The notes: generated from the sequence alone by a model not told the origin. Shown: positions 9,131-19,780, counted from the stretch's first letter. The stretch: 64,000 nucleotides of DNA from an uncultured Candidatus Saccharibacteria bacterium (GCA_964618625.1 CAZUBI010000001.1:65940-129939), one strand, 5' to 3'. Translations and numbers: made by a program.

Positions 9131-10086
9131 TATGTTTTTAATTTACGACCGCTGTGAAATTTTTTATGAATTTCACGAAGTTTTTTACTGGTAACATGAG
9201 CATAAATTTGAGTAGCGGCAATACTTTTATGGCCAAGAAATTCCTGGAGTATTCTTAAGTCTACACCTTGGTTTAAAAGATCTGTCGAAAAACTATGGCG
9301 CATCGAATGTGGAGTAGTTGTTATTGGAACCCCTGACATAGCCACATATTTTTTCATATTCTTTTCAATTGAACGGGGAGTTAATCTTCGTGGTGCTCCT
9401 TTTTTACTCCTGTAATTGATAAATAACGCCTTTTCATTATCATTTCGAGTTTTAAAATATTTAGATAACCACAACAATGCTCTTTCAGAGAAATAAACAG
9501 TTCGTAATTTTTCTCCTTTACCAATAATTCCAACTTCTAATTCTCTTATTCCAGGATTTATCTTAATTTGATCTCTGTTTAATGAAACTAATTCCGCTAT
9601 TCTCATACCAGTAGAGAATAGAACCTCTAAAATAGCTCTATCCCGTAATCCTTGCTTTTTAGAGGTATCAGGGGCTGAAAATAATTTTTCTAATTGCTCT
9701 AAATTTAAAAAGCTAACTTGTTTTTCATCTCTGTCTTTAGCTAATTTTATCTTCTCAGCTGGTAAAGACAAAATATCTCTATCAGCAAAATAATTTAAGA
9801 AGGATCTTAAAGCTATTAAATAATAATTCTGAGTTGTTTTTTTAAGGGGTGTTTTTGTTTTAGGAAGATACCGACGCGAAAGAAAAACTCGATATTTCCA
9901 AATATGATCAGCATTTAATTCATGGGGCTTTAAACCTTCTAAATTATTTAATTTTAACCAATCTAAGAATTTTTTTAAAAATCTATTATAATTTTCCTGG
10001 GATTTAGAAGATAAACCTTTCTCAATATCTAACCAATCTAAAAAATCAGATAAATGGTCGGGGAGTGGTTTTTGGTTCTTTTTCAT
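9130..10086 (-). CDS. xerC: tyrosine site-specific recombinase, XerC/XerD family
   Basis: C-terminal catalytic region HSMRHSFSTDLLNQGVDLRILQEFLGHKSIAATQIYAHV (R..H-R-H..Y). Confidence 0.8.
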   Translation of the reverse strand: MKKNQKPLPDHLSDFLDWLDIEKGLSSKSQENYNRFLKKFLDWLKLNNLEGLKPHELNADHIWKYRVFLSRRYLPKTKTPLKKTTQNYYLIALRSFLNYFADRDILSLPAEKIKLAKDRDEKQVSFLNLEQLEKLFSAPDTSKKQGLRDRAILEVLFSTGMRIAELVSLNRDQIKINPGIRELEVGIIGKGEKLRTVYFSERALLWLSKYFKTRNDNEKALFINYRSKKGAPRRLTPRSIEKNMKKYVAMSGVPITTTPHSMRHSFSTDLLNQGVDLRILQEFLGHKSIAATQIYAHVTSKKLREIHKKFHSGRKLKT

Positions 10087-10267
10087 ATTATTAACGTATT
10101 AAAGTGTAATAGGATGTTATAAGCTATATTGACGTTCGCTTAACTATAATTATGCGAACCTTACTATACTTTAATTATAGCCATTTAAGATGGCTTGTCA
10201 AGGGCACTCCCCCAATTACTGTATATAGTACTGGGTATTGAGTATGCAGTTAAATAAATATTAATGA

Positions 10268-10465
10268 CTAATGCACAAAAAACTTTAAAATTCTAACTAA
10301 TGCTTCTAATGCCAGAATAATAAATTGGATTATTGTTTTTAAAAACGCCCATAAATGTCCTAATATTCCAGATATAAAAACCTGATCTGTGAGATGGGTT
10401 ATTTCGTAAAAAACCTTAGTAAAAATCTGTGAAGCCTGCACAATTAATTGATCTATATTGTCCAT
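10268..10465 (-). CDS. hypothetical small hydrophobic protein (65 aa)
   Basis: ORF only; sits just downstream of family-A repeat copy b. Confidence 0.25.
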   Translation of the reverse strand: MDNIDQLIVQASQIFTKVFYEITHLTDQVFISGILGHLWAFLKTIIQFIILALEALVRILKFFVH

Positions 10466-10500
10466 AATTTTAATGATTAACGATTAACAAAGTAGGTAAT

Positions 10501-10567
10501 AAGGTTTAAAATGTTGTTGAGAAAACTATAGCGTTTTGCGTGTGTTTGAAACAATATTCAGAACCTT
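10501..10567 (+). repeat. family-A palindromic intergenic element, copy b
   Basis: aaggtttaaaatgttgttGAGAAAACTATAGCGTTTTGCGTGTGTTTGAAACaatattcagaacctt. Confidence 0.8.
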
Positions 10568-10570
10568 CTA

Positions 10571-12073
10571 TCATTTAGCACTATATATAGCTTGTTTCAC
10601 TCTCTCAACACTCCCCTTTTTTCCTAAAACTTCAGCAATTTCAAATGGGCCTGGTGAATCTTTTTTTCCAGACAAAGCAGCCCTTAAAGGCCAAAGTAGT
10701 TTACCTTTATTTCCTGTATAATTTGGATCTTCATCTATAAAATTATAAAATCTTATTTGCAGATTAACTCTATTGAATTCACTTTCTTTTATTTTTTCTA
10801 AGATGTTTAAAGAATCTTGCAATGATTTTGCTAGCTCTGTATCAGTCATATCTTTCCATTTTAAAAGTTCTTTTGAATATTCAATCTTCTTTTTGAAAAA
10901 GAAATCTGATAAATCTATTAAATCGCTTAATTTATTCATTCTTGGAGCCTCTATGTCAATAACTTTTTTTATATAATCAATATCATATTCTTTGATTATT
11001 TGTGGAGTAGATGAAAAATTTTTAATATAATCCACTACCCTATTCATTAATTCGTCTGAAGACATCTTTTTAAAATACTGAGCATTAAACCAATCTAATC
11101 TTTTTATATTAAAAATAGCGCCTCCTTTTTGAACACGTTCTAAATCAAATTTATCAATTAACTCTTCCAAATTTAATATTTCCTGATTCCCTATTGGGTG
11201 CCACCCTAAAAACGCTAAGAAATTAACCAAAGCCTCAGGTAAATAACCCATTTTTCTATACTCTGTTAAAGCCATAGCCCCATGTCTTTTACTTAATTTA
11301 GACCTATCAGGTCCTAAAATCATCGGTAAATGCGCATAATTGGGTCTAGGAAGGTCTAATGCCTCTTGAATGGTCATTTGCTTAGGTGTATTGGAAATAT
11401 GGTCTTCCCCACGAATTACGTGCGTTATTTTCATTAAATAATCGTCTATAACCACAGCAAAATTGTATAAAGGCTCTTTAAAGCTTTTAGCTATCACTAT
11501 ATCGCCTATTAAGCTCAAATCAAATTCTACTTCCCCACGAATAATATCTTCAAATTTAATTACCTTATTAGGCATTTTTATCCTTATAACAGCTGGCTTG
11601 CCTTCAGCTAAATAGGTTTTTGCTACGCTTTCTGATAAATCACGGCATTTACCTGAATACTTAGGTGAAACGCCGCGAGCAATCATTTCCTCTTTTTGCA
11701 CCTCAATTTCCTCTGAAGAACAAAAACAATAATAAGCTTTTTTTTCTTTTAATAATTGATGAAGGTATTTTTCATAAATTTCCAATCTTTCACTTTGGCG
11801 ATACGGACCAAGAAATCCGCCAATATCAGGGCCTTCATCCCATTCAATTCCTAAAGATTTTAATCCTTCAAGTATATTATTCTCATATTCTTTTTTTGAT
11901 CTCTCTTTATCAGTATCTTCTATTCTTAAAATAAATTTTCCGCCTGCTTTACGGGCAAATAAATAATTAAACAGAGCTGTTCGGGCATTTCCTATATGAA
12001 ACCAACCAGTGGGACTAGGAGCTAACCTGACCCTAGGCCCGAATAATGATTGTGGGGTTTTAGGATCATCCAT
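10571..12073 (-). CDS. gltX: glutamyl-tRNA synthetase
   Basis: PSPTGWFHIGNARTA (HIGH) and KLSKR (KMSKS) class-I motifs. Confidence 0.9.
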   Translation of the reverse strand: MDDPKTPQSLFGPRVRLAPSPTGWFHIGNARTALFNYLFARKAGGKFILRIEDTDKERSKKEYENNILEGLKSLGIEWDEGPDIGGFLGPYRQSERLEIYEKYLHQLLKEKKAYYCFCSSEEIEVQKEEMIARGVSPKYSGKCRDLSESVAKTYLAEGKPAVIRIKMPNKVIKFEDIIRGEVEFDLSLIGDIVIAKSFKEPLYNFAVVIDDYLMKITHVIRGEDHISNTPKQMTIQEALDLPRPNYAHLPMILGPDRSKLSKRHGAMALTEYRKMGYLPEALVNFLAFLGWHPIGNQEILNLEELIDKFDLERVQKGGAIFNIKRLDWFNAQYFKKMSSDELMNRVVDYIKNFSSTPQIIKEYDIDYIKKVIDIEAPRMNKLSDLIDLSDFFFKKKIEYSKELLKWKDMTDTELAKSLQDSLNILEKIKESEFNRVNLQIRFYNFIDEDPNYTGNKGKLLWPLRAALSGKKDSPGPFEIAEVLGKKGSVERVKQAIYSAK

Positions 12074-12118
12074 AAATGCGTTTTTATACAGTATACAATA
12101 TACAGTATACTCTATACC

Positions 12119-13318
12119 TTATATATTTTGAAGTAGATGTTGCGCTATATTGTACGCTGCCTTTGGTTTAGAAAACTCAAGGGCTGCTTGGCTCATTTTT
12201 TCACTCTTTTTTTTATCAGAAACAATCTGAAGAATTAAACCTGAGAATACATTCGGTTTTAAATTTCCTTCTTCAACAACAATAGCTGCCCCATTTTTAG
12301 CATACTCATAGGCATTTTTCTTTTGATGGCCACGACTCGCCCATGGTAAGGGTATAAGAATTGAGGGTTTTCCACTTGCGGCAATTTCAAAAATTAAGCC
12401 ACTTCCAGCGCGAGCTATAATTAAATCACTAGCAGTAAATACTTCTTTTAAGGAAGAAATGCTTGGTATTGTTGTTTCTTCAAAAAATGGCAAAAAATGA
12501 TAATATTTTTGTTGCTCCTTATCCCCTATGATTTCCTGAAAAACAATATCAGTTTCTCTTGCTACCTCTTTATAATTTGTTTTGCCTGTTTGATGAATTA
12601 TTTCTACATTTTTAATAATTTTCGGAAGAATATCTAAAATAAAATCATTAATATGGCGAGAACCTTGCGATCCGCCAATTATTGTTACAACCGGCTTTTC
12701 TATGTCTAATTTTAATAATCTTTTAGTATTTTCTTTATCCAATGTTTCATCAAACAAATCTAATCGTATAGGATTTCCTGTTAACAATGTTTTTCTTGGC
12801 GAAAAATATCTTTTTGTGTAATCAAAAGATATAAAAACTTTTTGGCAAAATCTTCCTATAACATGATTAACTAAACCAGGAACAGCATCACTTTCATGTG
12901 TATAAGTAGGAATAAAGAAAAGAATTCCCCAAAAGACTACTGGGAAAGAACCATATCCCCCCTTAGAAAAAATAACATCAGGCATTAAAATATAAACATA
13001 ATAAAGAGATTGGAAAATACCTCCTATGGTTTTAAAAAATCCAAAAATACTTTCAATAAGATTAAATGAGCCCATGAATTTTCCGGTTGTAATTGTTCTT
13101 ATCTTTATCCCCTGCTCTTTTGAAATGTATGGAATAGTAAAATCATTAGGTCCTATATATATAATTTCTAAAGAAACTTTTTGCGTCTCAGCTACTTTCT
13201 TAAGTTCTCTATAAACAGCAATCAAAGGAAAGGTATGCCCGCCAGAGCCACCGCCAGTAAATACTATGCGTACGGTTTTATCAAAATAAAATCTAGGTTT
13301 TAAAAATGAAAGATCCAT
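12119..13318 (-). CDS. murG: MurG-family undecaprenyldiphospho-muramoylpentapeptide beta-N-acetylglucosaminyltransferase
   Basis: TGGGSGGHTFP N-terminal G-loop and GT-B fold length. Confidence 0.75.
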   Translation of the reverse strand: MDLSFLKPRFYFDKTVRIVFTGGGSGGHTFPLIAVYRELKKVAETQKVSLEIIYIGPNDFTIPYISKEQGIKIRTITTGKFMGSFNLIESIFGFFKTIGGIFQSLYYVYILMPDVIFSKGGYGSFPVVFWGILFFIPTYTHESDAVPGLVNHVIGRFCQKVFISFDYTKRYFSPRKTLLTGNPIRLDLFDETLDKENTKRLLKLDIEKPVVTIIGGSQGSRHINDFILDILPKIIKNVEIIHQTGKTNYKEVARETDIVFQEIIGDKEQQKYYHFLPFFEETTIPSISSLKEVFTASDLIIARAGSGLIFEIAASGKPSILIPLPWASRGHQKKNAYEYAKNGAAIVVEEGNLKPNVFSGLILQIVSDKKKSEKMSQAALEFSKPKAAYNIAQHLLQNI

Positions 13319-13352
13319 AGTTTACAATTATTAAATTGTTAATTGTTAGTTG

Positions 13353-14453
13353 TTATGTTTGTTTTGCTATATTGCTTAAAATTCCAATGCTTATCAAAGT
13401 TGCTACCATAGAAGAACCACCATAACTTATAAACGGCAAAGGAATACCTGTCATAGGAACCAACTGGCACATAGCCGCAATATTAATGAATGCCTGAAAA
13501 CCAATATTGCAAGTTAAACCTATTGCCAAAAATTTTCCTAAGCTATCTGGCGCTCTTTTGGCTATTTTCAACCCGATTGATATAAGGAAAATAAAAAGAA
13601 TAATTATTATTAAAGATCCCAAAAAACCAAATTCCTCGGCAATTATAGAAAAAATAGCATCGGTATGGCTCTCTGGTAAATAATTAAATTTTTGTATTGA
13701 TCTTCCAAACCCTATACCAAGTAATCCTCCAGAACCAATACCAATTAAAGATTGAATAATATGATAACCTTTACCTAATGGGTCACTTCCTGGCGACAAG
13801 AATGATAAGATTCTCTCAAAACGGTAAGAAGTTCTTTTAATTATAAAGGCCAGTCCCAAAATACCTACTAATCCTAAAGACAAAAATTGAGTTACGCTCA
13901 TGCCTGCAACAATATAGACCATTACACTGGATAAAGCTAAAACAATTAAAGTCCCTGTGGCTGGTTGCTTTATAATAATAGCACCAATAATGGCTAAAGA
14001 ACATACAAAAACAATAAAAGGCGTAATATGCATTTTCCGCCTTTTATCTAATGAAAAACGACTTAATAAACTGGCAAGAAAAAGAATGTAGGTTAGTTTT
14101 ATAAATTCAGAGGGTTGAAAATTTATAAAAGCGATCCTTAACCACCTATTGGCTGGCGAACCTATTGGTTGAAGTGCCGGAATAAAGCATAGAAGCAGCA
14201 AAAAGATATTAAAGATTAATAGAATTAAGGATAATTTTGCTAAAGAGTGATAATTTATTTTTGAAACAATCCAAGCAAGAATTAATCCTAAAAATATTCC
14301 AAGAAATAATTGTCTTTTAACAAAATGATAAACATCACCGTGTTCCTGTTCTCCGATTACAGCAGAAGCACTTATTAAGGCAATCAAACCTAACGCCAAA
14401 AGAAGTACGCTAAAAGTAACGAGCAAACGATTAAGTTTATTTGGTTTAATCAT
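13353..14453 (-). CDS. ftsW: SEDS-family peptidoglycan polymerase (FtsW/RodA)
   Basis: Polytopic membrane protein ending in PLPFISYGGSSMVA. Confidence 0.8.
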   Translation of the reverse strand: MIKPNKLNRLLVTFSVLLLALGLIALISASAVIGEQEHGDVYHFVKRQLFLGIFLGLILAWIVSKINYHSLAKLSLILLIFNIFLLLLCFIPALQPIGSPANRWLRIAFINFQPSEFIKLTYILFLASLLSRFSLDKRRKMHITPFIVFVCSLAIIGAIIIKQPATGTLIVLALSSVMVYIVAGMSVTQFLSLGLVGILGLAFIIKRTSYRFERILSFLSPGSDPLGKGYHIIQSLIGIGSGGLLGIGFGRSIQKFNYLPESHTDAIFSIIAEEFGFLGSLIIIILFIFLISIGLKIAKRAPDSLGKFLAIGLTCNIGFQAFINIAAMCQLVPMTGIPLPFISYGGSSMVATLISIGILSNIAKQT

Positions 14454-14570
14454 CTATTTTTTTAAGTATTCTTCTATTTTTTATCACTCCTCTATTGTAT
14501 AATATTTTCTTTTTAAGCTCAAATCATATATAATCTTAATGATACAAATATATTAATATGTACGAATTAT

Positions 14571-15890
14571 ATGAATAGAATTCTAACAATTCTGTCAGTA
14601 ATCCTAGTTTTAGGAATCGGAATATTTTTTGGTTCTCGTTTTTTCCAAAGATATTTAGAGTCCCAAGGAATTTTAGAGGCCCGAGTTCATCCTGCTGAAG
14701 CTACTTTAAAAATTAATAATAAAATTTATCAGAATAAACAAGGCATTTTTAAGATTAGATTACACCCTGGAGAACATTCTGTCTCCTTTTCATGTCCAGA
14801 TTATTCATTTTTGGAAGATAAAGTAAAAATTGAAAGTAATAAAACAACTAATCTTAATCATATTTATCTATTCCCTAATAGTTGGCCTAAAGAAAGAATT
14901 ATAACAAATGAAAAAATCGAACATTTCTATTTGAGCCCGGATTCTAATCGCATTCTTTTCATAAAAAAATCTTCTAATTATGATTGGTATATTTTTGATA
15001 GAAGCACAAAACAAAAAGAATACTTTCATAAAACCGCTTCTTTGCCATATGATATTGTTTTTTCTCCAAAAAAGATTCTAATTCATTCAGAAAAAAATAA
15101 TTGGGAAATTGTATTTTTACCAAAAAGCCTTATTAAAAATGGCATCTCTTTAAACACTCCATTTAAGGAAGCGCTGGATCAAGCGGAATTAAAAGAAAAA
15201 CAAACCTCTCTGACTATAAACCAAGCTATTTTCTACCTAAAAAATGATGGCGACATAATCGTTAAAACTACTGATGCAATTTATCTTTTTAATTTTCTTA
15301 CAGAATCTATAGAAAAAATATATGAAGGCAAAAGCTCCACTTTTATATTTGAGAACTATTATATCTATTTTATAAAAGAAAATGGGGTCTTTGCTAAAAT
15401 TTCTTTGGAGACAAAAAAAGAAATGGAAACATCTCTGTATAGTTTTTCTCTTGAAGATTTAGAGAAAGCTAAAATTAGAAAAGAAAAAAGTGAAAACAAC
15501 TTTTTAATTATTGAAGGATCAAAAAAAGCTTATTATTTAAAAGAATTTGAAAATTTACCAAAATTAATTGGTGAAAATGTTATTGATGGCATTTTTTCTT
15601 TAAACAAAAAAGAAATATTATTATATTCAAAGGATAAAATTGAAATTTATAATCCAGAAAGCGAAATTAAGTATTCTAAAAAACTTTATTCTGATATTCC
15701 AGTCACTTGGTTTCTTAATAACAACTATGTTTTATCCTTAAAAGATAACTTGCTTAATATTTATTCGCTCAAAAATAATAAAACCTGGCCTATTGCCAGT
15801 AATATAAAAAATAATAACTTTTTCTACGACCCTTCAATAAATTATATCTTTTATCTTTCCGATTCAGGTATAATAAAAGTATCTCTGTAA
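14571..15890 (+). CDS. membrane-anchored hypothetical protein with TolB-like beta-propeller-type repeats
   Basis: N-terminal TM helix, then a repetitive beta-rich pattern (YLSPDSNRILF, FSPKKILIHSE...). Confidence 0.4.
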   Translation: MNRILTILSVILVLGIGIFFGSRFFQRYLESQGILEARVHPAEATLKINNKIYQNKQGIFKIRLHPGEHSVSFSCPDYSFLEDKVKIESNKTTNLNHIYLFPNSWPKERIITNEKIEHFYLSPDSNRILFIKKSSNYDWYIFDRSTKQKEYFHKTASLPYDIVFSPKKILIHSEKNNWEIVFLPKSLIKNGISLNTPFKEALDQAELKEKQTSLTINQAIFYLKNDGDIIVKTTDAIYLFNFLTESIEKIYEGKSSTFIFENYYIYFIKENGVFAKISLETKKEMETSLYSFSLEDLEKAKIRKEKSENNFLIIEGSKKAYYLKEFENLPKLIGENVIDGIFSLNKKEILLYSKDKIEIYNPESEIKYSKKLYSDIPVTWFLNNNYVLSLKDNLLNIYSLKNNKTWPIASNIKNNNFFYDPSINYIFYLSDSGIIKVSL

Positions 15891-15892
15891 AT

Positions 15893-17146
15893 TTATTCGT
15901 ATCTTAAAGCATCAATTGGGCTTAATTTTGCTGCTTTGCGAGCAGGATAAATTCCAAAAATAAGGCCTATACTTGTAGCCACTCCAAACGCCAATATTAT
16001 AGAACTTAAAGAAAGAACAAAGTCCCACTTTATACCTAAAGCCATAGTTAAAGCAATGCTTATAAGATAAGAAAAAATAGCTCCTAATAAAATTCCTAAT
16101 ATTCCACCTAAAACAGTAAGAACCACTGCTTCAATTAAAAATTGATAAAGAATATCTTTTTTACGAGCGCCAACTGCTTTTCTTAAACCAATTTCCCTCG
16201 TTCTTTCGACCACTGAAACTAACATAATATTCATAATTCCAACTCCACCAACCACTAAAGCAATAGCGGCTACAGAAGATAAAAGTAATGTAAGGATGCT
16301 TGTAACTGTATTCATAATCGCGGCAGTTTCTTTTCCGCTCACCACCTTAAAATCATCTTTCGATAAATCTCCTTCTGGATTATATATATTATGCCTCTCC
16401 CTTAACATTAAACGAATACCTTCTACAGCTTCATCAATCTTATCCTGATTAACTATTTTAACTACAGAAGACTGCACGTGATTAATGCCTAATAAGAATT
16501 TTTGAGCACTAGAAATTGGAATATATATATATTCGTCAAGGTTTTGAAACATCTGCGTTCCTTGTTCCTCCATAACACCAATTACTCTAAAATTGGTTTT
16601 TTTAATTCTAATAATCTTGCCTATAGGATTTTCATCTTCAAACAAATCTTCCTTTATTTTATATCCTAAAACAACCACCTTTGACATACTCTGAACATCA
16701 AAATCAGTAAAATTAGATCCTAATATAGTTTGGACATCAGTTATTTTATTATATGCTGGAGTAGTGCCATAAAAGGTAATCTTTTCATCATTATTTTTAT
16801 AAATTACCCTACTCACACTAACAACTATTGGAGCAACCATTTCTACTAATGAATCTTTTTCAATTGCTTCCATGTCTTCAATGGTTAGTGTTTTAATTTC
16901 CATTCCCTCCATCATTTGTTGCGTCATATCACCTCCGCCTGCAAAGGCACCTGGTTCAACAAAAACATTATTAGCCCCCATTGACATAATCTGTCCTAAA
17001 ATTAAATTCTGAGCTCCATCGCCTAATGACATCATTAAAATAACTGATGCTATACCAATCACAATTCCCAAGATAGTTAAAAAAGAACGCGTTTTATTCG
17101 TTTTTAATCCTATTATTGCGGTTTTGAAAGAATTACTAAATTTCAT
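15893..17146 (-). CDS. ABC transporter permease, FtsX/MacB-type
   Basis: N-terminal TM helix, large periplasmic domain and C-terminal FtsX-like 3-TM region. Confidence 0.8.
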   Translation of the reverse strand: MKFSNSFKTAIIGLKTNKTRSFLTILGIVIGIASVILMMSLGDGAQNLILGQIMSMGANNVFVEPGAFAGGGDMTQQMMEGMEIKTLTIEDMEAIEKDSLVEMVAPIVVSVSRVIYKNNDEKITFYGTTPAYNKITDVQTILGSNFTDFDVQSMSKVVVLGYKIKEDLFEDENPIGKIIRIKKTNFRVIGVMEEQGTQMFQNLDEYIYIPISSAQKFLLGINHVQSSVVKIVNQDKIDEAVEGIRLMLRERHNIYNPEGDLSKDDFKVVSGKETAAIMNTVTSILTLLLSSVAAIALVVGGVGIMNIMLVSVVERTREIGLRKAVGARKKDILYQFLIEAVVLTVLGGILGILLGAIFSYLISIALTMALGIKWDFVLSLSSIILAFGVATSIGLIFGIYPARKAAKLSPIDALRYE

Positions 17147-17202
17147 AATTTTATTTCGAATGAAATGAGAAACAAGGTTCTGTGAGCAAAGCGAGCAGGT
17201 TC

Positions 17203-17913
17203 TTATTTAATCAAGCCATCTTTAGCATAATGTCTTGAATTTACCAATTCGTCACTAATTACCTTTCCGTCTTTTAATGAAATAATCCTTTTTGCCATTT
17301 CAGCTGTATATTTTTCATGAGTAACTAAAATTATAGTATGGCCCTGATTATTAAGTTTTTCAAAAATATCCATTATTTGCTGGCCCGATTTACTATCTAA
17401 ATTACCCGTTGGCTCATCTGCAAAAATTACAGATGGATGATTAACTATTGCTCGAGCAATTGCTGTTTTTTGCTGTTCTCCACCAGAAAGCTGATTTGGA
17501 AAATGAGAAGCCCTATGCAAAATACCAACTGCTTCAAGGGCCTGTTTTGTCATCTCATATTCTTTTTGTTTAGAAAAACCAGTATAAATTAAAGGCAATC
17601 TCACATTATCAAAAACTGTAGTTCTGGATAAAAGATTATAGGATTGAAAAACAAAACCCATTCTTTTGTTTCTAATTCTTGCTAATTCATCATCATTAAA
17701 ATTATCCATACTTTTTCCTTCAAATTTACAGATTCCTGAACTTGGTCTATCTAAAAAACACATAATGTGCATTAAAGTTGACTTTCCAGAACCAGAAGGC
17801 CCCATAATAGAAACAAATTCTCCTTGCGCAATCTTAAAAGAAACCCCTTGTAGAGCTGGGGTTTCAACAGAATCATTGCGATAAATCTTTTTAAGATTTT
17901 CAACTTTGATCAT
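17203..17913 (-). CDS. ABC transporter ATP-binding protein (MacB/LolD-type)
   Basis: Walker A GPSGSGKST, signature LSGGEQQ, Walker B IIFADEPTGNLD. Confidence 0.9.
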   Translation of the reverse strand: MIKVENLKKIYRNDSVETPALQGVSFKIAQGEFVSIMGPSGSGKSTLMHIMCFLDRPSSGICKFEGKSMDNFNDDELARIRNKRMGFVFQSYNLLSRTTVFDNVRLPLIYTGFSKQKEYEMTKQALEAVGILHRASHFPNQLSGGEQQKTAIARAIVNHPSVIFADEPTGNLDSKSGQQIMDIFEKLNNQGHTIILVTHEKYTAEMAKRIISLKDGKVISDELVNSRHYAKDGLIK

Positions 17914-17920
17914 AAAATTA

Positions 17921-19492
17921 TTATTTTTTGATAAAAGTAATCACTCTATCACCTTGTTTTAGTCCAGATATGATTTCAATATTTCCATCAGAACCTACTA
18001 AACCAGTTTCAACTTCAATTTCTTGAAAATCTCCGTCAACAGGAATTCTTACTATATTCTTTCCATCTTTTTCTATCACAGCTCTCCTTGGAATAATTAA
18101 AACATCTTCTCTTAAATCAGTAATAATGACAATATCTGCAGTCATCCCTGGCCTAATATTAATATCATCTGTATCAATAGTACATTTTCCTTTATAATAA
18201 ACGACACCATCAATTATACTTTCGGCAAAATCAAGCATTGCTACTTGTCCTGAAAATTCTTTTTGAGAATAAGCATCTAAAGTTATTAAGGCTGTATCTC
18301 CAATTTTAACTTTAGAAATATCAACTTCTGGAATATATACTTCAATCTCTAATCCTTTTTCTGCCATAATACTAATAACAGAAACATTAGCCAATACTAC
18401 TTCTCCTTTTTTGATTTCTTTTTTTGTAACCAAACCATCAATTGGGGCCCGAATAATGGTTTTTTCAATTAGCGCATAATAATTAGCTATATCGGCTTCA
18501 GCATATTTTACTTTTGCTTCTTGCGCAATAATCTGTTCTTCAGTAGAACCAGCTAATAAAAGATCAAGTTCATTTTGTGTCTTTTTAACTAATAAATTTT
18601 GAGAGGCAATATTTTGTTCTAAATTATTAATATTACTTATCGCGGTAATTACAAGATTTCTACCATCATTTGTATTTGTCCTATGAATATCAAGATTAGA
18701 ATTACTATAAGAACAATCTGCTAATAAAACGTTATTTAATTTTCCAAAAAAATCTTTAAAAAAAGCCAGATATCCTTTTGCATTATTCATAACTAGATTT
18801 AATTCTTCCTGAGAAGAGTTAAAGCCAAGTGTACTTAATTCATCTTTCCATTGCTTAAGTTTTCTTTCAGATATTAAACGTGAATATCCAGCATCTGAAG
18901 ATATTGAAGAAGACACACAAGGATCAAAACTTAATACATAACTATTTGCCGCTTCTGCTCCTAAAAAAATATCTTTAATATCTATTTTTATAGCTTCTTC
19001 GGATTTAGCATAAGAATCATCTAAAGTATCTAAAATATCTAGATAATAATTATCCAAGTCTTGCTGAGCCTTGAAAAGCTCTGTCTGTTTAATATCAATT
19101 GTTTCTAATCGAGTCCCTCTTTTTAATTCATCTAATTCAGCTTTTTCAACCTCTAAATTAGCTTTGGACTGTCTCAATTGGGCCCATAAATCATTGTTTT
19201 CTAAACTAGCCAAAACTTCACCATTTTTAACCTTATCCCCTGTTTCAACTAAAACTTGCGATACATTCCCTGTGGCTCTAAAAGATAAATCTATGCTTTC
19301 AGCAGCTTTTACTGTACCTGTTACTGAAACTTCCTCTCTTATAGATCCTCTCTCAGCTATTGCCAGATTATATTCTGATTCTTTGTTGTTTCTAAAAAAG
19401 AACAAACAAATAACCAATAAAATAACAGCGCCAATAATAACAATAACCCGTCTTTTAATAAGTTCTTTGTATATGTTTTTAAGAATATCCAT
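17921..19492 (-). CDS. HlyD/MacA-family periplasmic adaptor (membrane fusion protein)
   Basis: N-terminal TM anchor, long coiled-coil, C-terminal beta-barrel domains; adjacent to the ABC ATPase and FtsX permease. Confidence 0.75.
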   Translation of the reverse strand: MDILKNIYKELIKRRVIVIIGAVILLVICLFFFRNNKESEYNLAIAERGSIREEVSVTGTVKAAESIDLSFRATGNVSQVLVETGDKVKNGEVLASLENNDLWAQLRQSKANLEVEKAELDELKRGTRLETIDIKQTELFKAQQDLDNYYLDILDTLDDSYAKSEEAIKIDIKDIFLGAEAANSYVLSFDPCVSSSISSDAGYSRLISERKLKQWKDELSTLGFNSSQEELNLVMNNAKGYLAFFKDFFGKLNNVLLADCSYSNSNLDIHRTNTNDGRNLVITAISNINNLEQNIASQNLLVKKTQNELDLLLAGSTEEQIIAQEAKVKYAEADIANYYALIEKTIIRAPIDGLVTKKEIKKGEVVLANVSVISIMAEKGLEIEVYIPEVDISKVKIGDTALITLDAYSQKEFSGQVAMLDFAESIIDGVVYYKGKCTIDTDDINIRPGMTADIVIITDLREDVLIIPRRAVIEKDGKNIVRIPVDGDFQEIEVETGLVGSDGNIEIISGLKQGDRVITFIKK

Positions 19493-19510
19493 AAGTATTT
19501 TTGTTCTAAA

Positions 19511-19539
19511 ATTATATCACAAAAAAGCAAATATAGCAA
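19511..19539 (-). promoter_or_regulatory. sigma-70-like promoter (TTGCTA-17-TATAAT) for the HlyD-ABC-FtsX genes
   Basis: Minus strand: TTGCTA (19539-19534), 17-nt spacer, TATAAT (19516-19511); about 20 nt upstream of the HlyD ATG. Confidence 0.5.
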
Positions 19540-19543
19540 TTTA

Positions 19544-19590
19544 AAAACCGCTTGTTTAGTTACACTCATGTAACCTTCCAAGCGGTTTTG
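19544..19590 (-). terminator. hairpin attenuator/terminator between the micro-ORF cluster and the pump genes
   Basis: Minus strand: AAAACCGCTTG-24 nt loop-CAAGCGGTTTT followed by TAAATT; perfect 11-bp stem. Confidence 0.5.
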
Positions 19591-19595
19591 TTGTT

Positions 19596-19679
19596 TTATT
19601 TGATCCAAAGAGATAAAAAATACACTCCGATTATTATTATAAACCATGGAAGAAATTCGGAAAATTGAGTTACTATCAT
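19596..19679 (-). CDS. micro-ORF E, 27 aa single-TM peptide MIVTQFSEFLPWFIIIIGVYFLSLWIK
   Basis: AGGAGG 11 nt upstream; start ATG overlaps the stop of ORF D (TAATG). Confidence 0.5.
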   Translation of the reverse strand: MIVTQFSEFLPWFIIIIGVYFLSLWIK

Positions 19680-19780
19680 TATGTTTTTCGCCTCCTATTC
19701 TGTATATCTTTTATCTTATCATAAATTAAAATTGATACTAAAAATACAATTATAATCGTGGAAATAATCCATCCAACCAT
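19679..19780 (-). CDS. micro-ORF D, 33 aa single-TM peptide MVGWIISTIIIVFLVSILIYDKIKDIQNRRRKT
   Basis: AAGGAGA 8 nt upstream of ATG. Confidence 0.5.
   Translation of the reverse strand: MVGWIISTIIIVFLVSILIYDKIKDIQNRRRKT

Noticed and set aside
10222-10240. Possible LexA/SOS box upstream of xerC
   Set aside because: CTGT is followed after 8 nt by CTGG rather than ACAG; the gltX-upstream copies are direct rather than inverted repeats.
19071-19647. ORFs 19071..19544 (+) and 19357..19647 (-)
   Set aside because: Both lie inside or antisense to the HlyD-adaptor gene and its promoter/attenuator. The minus-strand one is an out-of-frame read-through of micro-ORF E.
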